Source of the DNA: Paragordius varius | Taxonomy: Eukaryota > Animalia > Nematomorpha | Length of the DNA: 64,000 nucleotides | Direction of reading: 5' to 3' | Assembly: GCA_964247055.1 (NCBI GenBank) | Contig: OZ176054.1 | Span: 3,038,001-3,102,000, forward strand | In this document: in pieces, positions 1-10,500 of the stretch | Layout of the letters: every line of letters begins with the position of its first letter | Position numbering within the stretch: position 1 is the stretch's first letter | Notes under the pieces: generated by a model | Told to the model about the DNA's origin: nothing | The model's input: the letters and a program-made list of their open reading frames with translations, nothing else | Databases searched by the model: none | Program-made: the position numbers and the translations under genes

Positions 1-1312
1 ATTATCTTTGCTAAAATTATTATAAAAAGAACTGGTTGACCATTTTACTATGGATATAAAATTTGGGAATATGGAAAATGTATTTGATTACACTAATCAA
101 AAAATTAAAATGATAATTGATTCGATAGTGTTGATAGTTAAATGCAAAAAGCTATAGTATTTATTTTGTAACTGAAAGTTAAACCGAGTAACTGTATTAA
201 AATTTTCTTAAATAAAATTATCACAAGAGTGTCCGCCAGCTTAATGAACCACACAATTGGATTATCAGTAATATTTTTCGAAAAATCCTTGTCCGTGTTC
301 TATAACCTCTACTTTGAAAAGAGCTTGGCCAAGTTGACAATTGTTTTAATGAATTTAATACATTTATTATAATAATTTTTAATTGTACCACTACGTCCGA
401 AATCGGGGTGAATACAAAAATATCCTGATGAAAATTATATATATTTATCATAACTACCGAAATTGCTAATTTTTTTAATTTATTTATTGCGTTGCCAAAA
501 TCTGGAAACTCATATTTACCTATATAATATAAAAATAAAGAGCTTAAATTATTAAATTTTTTGATGGATAAAACAGGTAAAGATGAACTTTTAGAAATAT
601 CCAATTTAAGGATATTATTTATTATGAATTAATATTTAAGGGTCTTAAAACTCTACAACACCTAACATTCAATAGTTAATAAATCTAGACTCTAATATTA
701 AAAAATAAATGATAAGAAAAATGATAAATATTTGATAATTTCGCTTAGATTTAATATATAATATATTTTTTAAAATTTTAAAAGTCATATTTATATGAAT
801 TTACGAAAATTATACTAACCCGCGAACTGAACATTGGGCACCCCTGTTTAAATATTTATATAGCCAATAATTAATCGAAACAAATGACAGCTTTAAAATT
901 TAATTAAATTTTCTGCCGGACAATTATTTTTTAATGTTTAAATTCTAGTATACGCGAGTTTGTCCAACCTAGAATTATTTTGACGTCAAAAATTATTTTT
1001 ATAATATTACATCTAATTCGGATATCGGTTTATATACTATATATAATTGCTTTGAAATAAACATTTACTACAAAAGGTAATGAATGCAGTGTTTGATAAC
1101 AGACAATTACAATTTAAAATTAAACCATTTTATGTTTTAGTAAAGCTTAAAAATTAATCATGACATTGGGCCAAATTTTAAAATTTAGATTCCGAGGCCT
1201 TTTAAGCGCATTAAAAAGTATTTAAAAAAATTAAATTAATGCTCAACTTAACCTTTTTAGCCCATTTACTTGATTAGGGTTGTGTATAGCCGTGGTCCCC
1301 AACCTTATGTAA

Positions 1313-1636
1313 CACTTGGATACAACACATTCATTTAGTCCTTCGATTCAAATTGGTGTAGTTAGATACCCCAGGCCTGTTTAAAATTAAATTCTTTGAA
1401 AAATATGGAAGGAATCGAAACCATGGCAAAATTTTGCACTTATATAACCTTAATAAACCGAAATATATAAAAAAATTCATTCAAAAATACTTGATATTAG
1501 TTATTTTAAGCTAAAACCGAAGGTAAAAATTTACTCAACGTGACATGTGTGCAATGGTAAAATTGAAAAATAATACAAAAAAACCGCTTTTTCTATTTCT
1601 ATCGATGTTAGATGTAATCCAATTTGAATCGAAATG
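1313..1636 (+). mobile_element. piggyBac-type MITE, internally deleted copy
   Basis: Has both ends of the family (CACTTGGATACAACAC... and ...AATTTGAATCGAAATG followed by TTAA); about 240 bp of the interior is missing relative to 3002-3553. Confidence 0.8.
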
Positions 1637-3001
1637 TTAATTCAGGCTACCATTTGAAAATAAAAATTCTTGCCCCCTCACCTACTCCCAAAAAATCCAA
1701 GATAAACAAGTAAAATTTATTATATAATTTTAAAAATCCCAATCATGAGATCCTTGCTGAAATATATTTTCATATCGGTGACAAATCTTGATAGTCTGCA
1801 CCTGAGATCCTCATTAATCTTCAATTTTTATTTTTAAATTAAATTTTCCAAATTTTTCGCGCCTCCCCTTAATTTTTATACGTCCTTGGGCGGAGCTTTG
1901 CCTCCTTTTGGGACCCACTAAGCATAATTAAGTATTAAATAATATGCATTTAATCATATTTTGACCGCAATATTCTTTTATTAAGATCAGTTGTTTCATT
2001 TGATTGTAGAAATCGAAGATACACTATATTAAACATATTTATTTGCCTGTTTTAAAGCGATTTAAAATATAGTGTAAATATTTTGGGATGGTTTTAAATT
2101 ACTTTCTGAATAATTTTAAAATCATGCAGAAAGGCCAAAGAATGCATTATTATAATTTGGTCTAGTTACTTTTTATCAAATGTAAAATCGTTCCGGGCCC
2201 GAATAATAGAGTAGTGAATGTGATTATATAAGAGTGTTAACGTTAGTTTTATGGTGGAATTCGAAAATATTATAATTTGCTAAAAGGTGCTAAAAAATGG
2301 TACCAAATTAGTTTGATCCTTTTTAAGTTATTTTTTGATAACCAATTAGTTGACGAGTCACAAGTTAGCCCTATTTGAATCAAACAAAAATAAAATATTT
2401 TTTATTTAATAATAAAATAGTTTCTAGTAAATATAGCTTTATATTTTATAAAATAAACAATTTTAAATATTAAAAAAAATATAAAAATTATTAGAGATAA
2501 ATAAATGGTTTATTAGCATCTTTGAAGTAGTTTTTACCACAGAATCGAGATCTTAAAATCATTTAAAGTATTAAATTTTTTAATATAGATTCTTTAGCTC
2601 TTTAGGATGGCGCTTTTTTAAAAGAATATAAAAATAAAACTATACCTGCTCAAGCTTAGCCGGCATTTTTACCTTAGATTTCAAATTTAATACAACAGAA
2701 AACAAATAATTTTTTTGGAATAATATAATTATTTATCATTAAAAAGTTTAATAAATTTTATCAGGTTTACATTTTTTAAACAGCTGTTTGTCGCGTGTCT
2801 GACTACCCCAATTTTGATTTCTAGAAGCTAAAAAATATTTATTCGTCTAATACTAAAAGCAATGTTTGTATTAATTAAGAAATAACCTTAACTTTTCTAG
2901 ACAAATTCAAAAACACCACAAAATTTTTCTGAAATATGAAAAATAATTTTTTTTATAATACATAGAATAACTAAAAATATAACGGGATAATAATATCTTA
3001 A

Positions 3002-3553
3002 CACTTGAATACAACACATTCATTTTAGTCTTTCGATTAAAAATGGGGTAGTTAGATACCCAGACCTGTTTAAAATTGAATTCTTTAAATAATATGGAAG
3101 GAATCGAAACCATGGCAATATTTTGCACCTATATAACATTAAAAAGCCGAAAGATATAAAAAATTTTATTCAAAAATACCTCATTTTATTTATTTTAAGC
3201 TAAGACCGAAAGGTAAAAATTTAGTCACATGACATGTGTGCAATGGTAAAATTGAAAAATAATACAAAATGAACCGCTATGTTAGATGTAATCTAAAAAT
3301 TAGCTTTAATTTTACCCTTAAAATTAAATGAAGACGATATTTTCTAAAAAATTTGTAAAATAAAAATGGCATTGAAGTAGTTTGATATGAAACTTTTTTT
3401 AAAACAAAATTTTATTTAGATATTTTGGCATATTTATATAATTTTTGATAGGATAGAAGCATAAATTTAAATTGGGACCGTTTCCTTCAATAGTTTTCTA
3501 AAATCTTAATTTTTAGTTTGGGATATTTATATACCCCAAATTGAATCGAAGTG
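3002..3553 (+). mobile_element. piggyBac-type MITE (about 560 bp)
   Basis: TTAA on the left and ATAA on the right; CACTT termini; asymmetric subterminal repeats TTCGATT.AAATTGGGGTA...TACCC(C)AG. Confidence 0.85.
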
Positions 3554-3599
3554 ATAAAGAAAATTATAATAAATATATAATTGCAAAAAAAGCTTTTAA

Positions 3600-4174
3600 C
3601 ACTTCGATTCCAATTGGGGTATCTAAATACCCCAGACAATATTTAAATTAAATTTTTAAAAAGCTACTGAAAGAAACGGTCCCAATTTAAATGCTTCTAA
3701 CCTAATAAAAATTATATAAATAAGCCGAAATATCTAAATGAAATTTGGTTTTGAAAAAAAATTCCATATCAAACTACTTGGAAGCCATTTTTATTTTACA
3801 ACATTTTTGCAAAAAATCGTGTTTATTTTATTTTAAAGCAAAAATAAAAGCTAAATTTTTATTTATATCACATCTAACATTGATAGAAACAGAAAAAGGG
3901 GTTTATTTTCCTTTCTTTTTGAATTTAGCTTGTGCACACATGTCAGGTTGACTAAATTTTTACCTTGAGGTTTTACCTAAAAATAAGTAATATCAAGTAT
4001 TTTCGAAACAAATTTTTTATATATTTTGATTCATTAATGTTATAAAAGTGCAAAATTTTGCCATGGTTTCAATCCATTCCATATTTTTTGAATTCTTTAA
4101 TATTAAACAAGCCTGGGGATCCAACTACCCAAATTTGAATCGAAAGACTGAAATGGATGTGTTGTATCCAAGTG
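3600..4174 (-). mobile_element. piggyBac-type MITE, inverted relative to the adjacent copy
   Basis: TTAA on both sides (3596-3599, 4175-4178); CACTT...AAGTG termini; homologous to the reverse complement of 3002-3553. Confidence 0.9.
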
Positions 4175-4221
4175 TTAATTTAATACAAACATAACACATT
4201 TCGCTGCTCGGAAAACGCGAG

Positions 4222-4532
4222 ATGGAGCTAACGAGAAAAATTGTCTTTCAGCCACCAAAGGAGGTTTCTCCTCTGATTCGAGGGGCCAGATGGGCTTTTC
4301 TTTTTACAGGTATTATATACGGATTCTTGAGGAACAGTTAATAATACTTTTAAATTTAGGGCATTTAGCAAAGAAAGAAGTTAAAATACGAGAACTTCAA
4401 ATGCAGCAAAAGAAAATAAAAGATGCATATGATCACAAAATAAAAGAAATTTTTGATAAAGGTTACAATATATATTTTATTTTCACAGAGGAAATGCAAA
4501 ACTTGAGCAAAGAACTCAATTCTCCCCTTTAA
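4222..4532 (+). CDS. ATP5ME: Mitochondrial ATP synthase F0 subunit e, 86 aa, 3 exons (4222-4336, 4360-4461, 4489-4532)
   Basis: Spliced product MELTRKIVFQPPKEVSPLIRGARWAFLFTGIIYGFLRNRHLAKKEVKIRELQMQQKKIKDAYDHKIKEIFDKEEMQNLSKELNSPL. It matches the subunit e pattern (PxxVSPLI..RW..L..G..YG, one TM helix, then a coiled coil KKE.K.RE...QQK...DA). It needs removal of a 23-nt GT-AG intron and is best modelled with a 27-nt one also removed. Confidence 0.9.
4337..4359 (+). other. 23-nt GT-AG micro-intron (GTTAATAATACTTTTAAATTTAG)
   Basis: Unspliced frame hits AGT TAA. Removal joins YGFLRN to RHLAKKE and restores the subunit e alignment. Confidence 0.9.
4462..4488 (+). other. 27-nt GT-AG micro-intron (GTTACAATATATATTTTATTTTCACAG)
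   Basis: In-frame and stopless. It has a T-rich tract plus CAG. Removal gives an uninterrupted charged helix EIFDK|EEMQNL instead of inserting GYNIYFIFT. Confidence 0.75.
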
Positions 4533-4582
4533 TTATACTTTAAATTTTTGCAATTTATAAATAAATTTTGAGCTTGTCCTGT

Positions 4583-7500
4583 TTACAAATGAGATTCCGT
4601 ATTTTCCAATGGTATTTCTACACTTTTGAATGTACTATTTGGATTTCCATTAAGAAAAATAAGATTGTCAGGTTTTTCGTCAAAATTTGTTTCATTCAAA
4701 TTTTCCCGAGAAAGTCGTTTATCTTTTATTAGAAGCTTAGGTCCTGATTTGTCGATCGCTATAGCGCCCAAAGGTGCAGTTACCAATATTACAATTATTG
4801 ATGCGACTAAAATCTAAAAAATATTTAATATACTAAAAGCTATGGAATTATAAATAAACTGTAATGCCTATGATATGATATGGGTACATATTAGCAATTT
4901 GTGTTTTTAAATTTAGTTTTCATTAAAATAGCAATAAATATGCTGATATAAGTGCAAAAATATTTTTTCAAAATTTGATGATGCGTTAAACCAGTATTAT
5001 TCGCCAAAATATTTTGTTGGCCGCTTAAGGATTTTTAATTTTTTTAAATTGCGGGTCGGACAAAATAATTTTGAAATTTAAAATCCAGCACATTATCTTC
5101 CTTTCAGAGGCAAAGTAGGGCCGGATTTCTATACAACATAGTTTTATCTAAGATTATAACTGTTCTAAAGTTTTTTATGATCAATTTTGTTTGGAACTTT
5201 TCTAATTAACATGTTACATTAGCATTTTCATACAAATTTTAGGATGGGGATCTTTGAGTTCAGTAACTACTTTTAATATCTGTTTTACTGGTTTATATCA
5301 ATAGTAAGGCGAATTATGACGCCCTGATTAAATTAAAAATGGCATTTTTTACATTCATTATAAAAAATTTACTATTCTCATTTTAAAACATCTTTTTCCG
5401 CAAACGATTGTCATACTTTTTAACCATAAGGAGAAAAGACACATCAAAGGTTTTCAAAAACATTTGCCGTATTGCTTTCCTATTTTTAACTTTGCAATAC
5501 TATAATAAAAACGCAAAAACCCTAAAAGCATATTAAATTTTTACATAGTTTTTACTAAAACGTTTTTGAAATTTTTAGCAGCGCCCATTTCTTGACAAAA
5601 TTATATTAACCTTTTTAATCAATAATTCAGCTAATCACATACCGTTAGATATTTTTGGGCAAGAAATTTTAACCCAATCGAATTTCTAAATTTAATTAAA
5701 ATGATATATACCATATTCATGGTTAGAAGATTTATTATTCATAACATTTCATGGCTTTTTGGGGATAGTTTTATATCTCAGACGATTTGAAATTCGAATC
5801 TCTTAAAAAGTATTCAATGTATTAGGCCGAATTTAGAAATATCTTTAGTGTTTTAGGCGCATAATACAATTATAAAATTGTAAATAATCCTCACCAAAAA
5901 CTTTTCCACCGCCATTTTTTTTTCTTTATATTTTTTAATCGCTAATACAACAGGCAAATAAATTTAAATTATGGTTAGAAAATGTAAATAATTAATATAG
6001 TAAAATCAAAACTTTTTATTTCATAGAGGATAACACAATATTTGCTAATTAGATTTTGAGTAAAATAATTGCAAAACAGTAGTTGATATACAAGATAGAG
6101 CTCGGGGATATAAATTACTCTAATCATGGGGCCAAAAAAGTAATAGTCATGAAGTGTTAATATCTACTGTTAAAGGTTATATTTTTATTCTTGCTTTTTT
6201 AATATTGTCAAAAAAATATGATATTAATAAGTATCCAACCTCCTTTTTCATTAAATGGAATAAATCGTAATTAATTTATTTATAAAATAGTAAAAAAATT
6301 GATTTATGTTTTATTTAAAAATATTAATTAATAAATAAATAATAATTTATACCATATTGGCCCATTCGAGTTTAAGTGCATCATTGAAATGCATCCTTTG
6401 TACAGAATCTAAAGCCAAAGATCCTATTGCTGCCTAAACAAAAAATTATTTTAGTTACATAACGATTAAAAGTAAATTTTTAGATAATAGCTCGTATAAT
6501 GAAAAAAATAGCATTTATATTTAAAAAAATATATTTTTTTATCAGGTGTATATTAGACATAATTAATTAAATTACATAAAAAAATATTAGTATATAAGTT
6601 TGGAATTTAAATAAATAAAGTATTTATACAAACTTAGCAACAAAATTACTCACAAAAGGATGTATTTAAAACATAAATCAATAAAAAAAAATTTTATATA
6701 TATACATATTTATATAGGTTAAAACTTAAAACTTTTTTTGTTGTACATACATAACTTACTTGAACAGTTGCTTTTGGTGTCCATGTAATTCCAAAAAAAA
6801 TTTTTTCAGAATATGAAAAATTATCACCAAAGACGCATAGAATTGCACACATGGAGCGTATGGAGCCTCCAATGATTATAAGTAAAATGCAATATCCTTT
6901 ATGAAAATGAAAGATTTAGGTTCAAAGATATAGATTTATACCATAAATTGTTTTTATAAATTAAAACTTAATATTTTAATTTTGATAGATTTTTTCACAA
7001 ATTTGAATAAATTACAAAAAAATAAAACTAAAATATAAATATTTTCCAAAAAGATAACCATACTTTTCCAAACTTAGATTTTTTTTATATACATTGTACT
7101 ATCAATTTTTAAATTATAACAAAACATTAAAGTATAAAAAACTAATATTTTTTTGTTTTTAATAGAAACTTTCCTTTTTCTATAACTTTAGGATCACAAT
7201 TGTAAAATAATTTTTAGCAAGCATCTTTCCCTTTTCGACATATGAAAAACCAGTAAAAAAGTTTTTTCTTCCTTTCAATACAATATACGTTACTGTAATA
7301 AAGATGTAAAAAATTTCAAATTGTTAAATAAAATAAGAGACATATTGCAATAAATTATTTCCAAGCAAAATTAAATTACCGAAAAATGTTGGCTTTATAG
7401 CTCTAATATCCATTTGTAAACCAATCAATCCAAAAAGCAGCGGTTGAAAAAAATCCCAAATAAATTTGAAATCACGGCTAACAACATTCTAAAACATTTT

Positions 7501-10500
7501 ATAAATAACCATAAATGACTGATTATATGATAATTTTTCAGGATGTGTAACTATTTCAACCATAAATTAAAATAAAATTTTAATTAAAGTAGTAAAAAAG
7601 TCTTTTATATAAATTTGTTGTGTTTAACAGATAATGCATTCGTGTTCATGATGGTTTTTAATAAATAACTAGATAAAAACTTTGTTTACCATGGTATATA
7701 ATTGATGAAAAATTATGGTATTTTTAAATATGCAAGATTTTAGTATATCTCTTTAATTGTAATTGTAAAATTGGCGGAAATATTAATGTCTAAACGGCTA
7801 CTTTTAATTTTTTGGCATAGTAATAACATTATATATTTTAGGTAATGGTTATTGTTTATGTCAAACCGGTAATTATACAACTTTAAAATTATTATTAAAA
7901 ACTAATTATCTTAAGCAGCCCCGTAACATTATATGACCATACTTTTTACAAAAAGATGATACCTTAAAGATGTATTACAACTTAAACTTAATTTAGAAAG
8001 TTTATGTTTTATCCAATACTTTAGTATGGCCCCGGTCCCTAAAAAAGGTTTGAAAGCTTAAAAACTTTTTAAATTTTAAAAACAAACTGGGTATGTTAGA
8101 TAAGGTAAAAATTTACACATACATACATACATTGTATTTATTGCCACGTTGAAACCAACCATAACATGCCACTAGGGTGAGTGTCAAAGTTCCTAAAGAT
8201 CCAGCTCCAGAAAATGAAACACTCTTCCCCCCAAACACAGCAAAAACTCCCATGGAACAAAGGAAGGCAAATCGAAATCGAGAACGTATTGGTTCCGGCT
8301 ATTAGTAAGAGAATAAAGTAGTAAGTTTTATCAATTTTTTTATTTTGAAAAAAATTATCGCGGACAAAATTTAACTTGTATAGGTAGTACTTCTCCACAT
8401 ATTTAATCCATATTTTATTCATGCTAATCACTATGCGACCCTTATGATTTTTAAATAAGGACTTAATATTTTTAAGTTTTAATTGTTCAATTATGCTTTG
8501 AACTTATTAGTTTTGTTGGTATTTAAAGATTTAATAATGAGCCAAAAATAAAAATAATGATGTTTTGAATTTTATATTAATTTAAATTTGATCAAAAAAC
8601 TTAAATTTAAATACTTTATATAAAAACAAATAACATATATTTTTCCCGAAATCGCGGGGCATTATTAGGGGGTTTACAGTATTTACAGTCATGTATATGT
8701 AGAATTGACAGAAATTCGTTTTTAAATGATTATAATTTGTTTTTAATTGTTTTGATGTATGATATGTCAACTTTCAACATGCAGCATTAAAATAATTATA
8801 GCTTATATATTATAAACAATTAAAAACAAAGTAAAATCAATTAAAAACGTATATATGACAATTCTAAACATACATGACTGTAATTTACTGAGAAAATTGA
8901 CTAAAAAGCGCTATCCAAAGAATTTAAGCGTTTATGTTGATTACTATAGAATTATTTCAATGTATATAAATATTTTATGGGACTAATTTTATTGAACATA
9001 TATAAAAAATTTAATCAAGCTTTTTGTAAACAATGATAACTATTCAATTCCGTTATTACCGTTTTATGAGATGGAAAATACCATAGAAAAATGCCACAAG
9101 CAAAACCATAAGCTAATCCAAGAATAATCTCTAATGGTCCATGGAAAGCGGTATATAATTTGTTTTCTAAATCGCGTAAAAAAATTATATAAATTCATTA
9201 TATTGGACATTAAATTTACTTATAGAATGAGGTAATTTCATAAAAAAATTTATATATCAACACTAAAATAATAGGATATTTGACGACCCCTGCTATATTA
9301 TATAAATACATTAATTCCAGAGAATAAAAAATATCAAAAACACTGAAATAAAGTCAATATTTTTTTTACCTTCAGGAGCTCCAATAATAATACTTAAAAT
9401 TTTAATTTGTCAAGAATATTAGGAAAGGAATATTCCAAGTTATATTTTTATAAAAATCTAAAGGCCATGATTTTATATCAATTATTTTTATAATTCATAT
9501 TGTAATGCACATATATATTTTTGCATATTTATTTCAAATAACCCTGAGTAATCAACCACTTTACAATACCAAATTTGTAAAAGAATAAGAACTATTTTTA
9601 TATCATCCTACTACAAAAATGCCTACATTTTAACGCAAAGATCACAAAAAATGTATAATAAAATTTACGGTCAAGTTTTGAAAGTGGTAAGGCAATTTCA
9701 CTGGAAATGGCGAATCCCATGATAGCTATGGGTCCATCAATCCCGCTGGCAACTAAGATTAGAGTGGGAATCCCCTTGGTAACGCCATACCCTTGTTCTT
9801 GAAGCTTTACTAAAGATGGAACAATAACTGCCGGTGAGAGGGGACTCATAACAAAACTGTAAACAAACATAAACGAAAAAAAAAATCAAAATTGAATAAA
9901 TATGCATATATGTCTTGGCATATCAGGAGAAAGTATTTGAGTAATTTTCAGACAAAAATAAAATTTAACCCAATCTTCCATATAAATGGCTTATGAAACT
10001 GCCCAAAAAAAATATGATTCAATTTTTTTTAAAAATGGAAAATTTTTGCACATTATTTTTTTGTTATAAGGAATTACATTAAAACGCTTTTTAATCATAT
10101 TAATAGGTTCAACCCATTTTTATATTTAGAAATTGAATTAATATTATCTAATATTATGAAAAAGCTTAAATAATATGCATATATTTGTTTCGTTTCAAAT
10201 TACTCAAAATAATTTTTTTATATATATTTCCTGACGTAATTTTTTAACACAGAGCAATTAAAAAAAATTTTTTCGTATTAGACGGCTTATTAAAAAAATC
10301 TTATCAAACTTTTTGTCATCAAATGGATAATATTAATTGAATTGAAAAACTAATATTAATTATAAATAAAAAATAAATTTAATATTTTATATATCTTTGT
10401 ATCATCTTAACAAAATCGTCATTAGTTGTAAATGACTTGTATATTTAAATTAGATTTGAGAACTATTAAATTAGTAGTCTGTAGAAATGTAAAAAAGTAA

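Noticed and set aside
1288-1920. hAT MITE enclosing the deleted piggyBac MITE
   Set aside because: The ends (CCGTGGTCCCCAACC and TTGGGACCCACTA) are only loosely complementary and no TSD was found; too weak to list as a feature.
2907-3951. ORFs 2907-3128 and 3745-3951 (also 30310-30594, 54310-54504, 54514-54711)
   Set aside because: They lie within or overlap non-coding MITE copies, and the frames are not conserved among copies.
9370-9620. Extra NHA exons built with frameshifts
   Set aside because: The clean exon 9166-9060 supplies the expected sequence in the correct phase, so this stretch is intronic.
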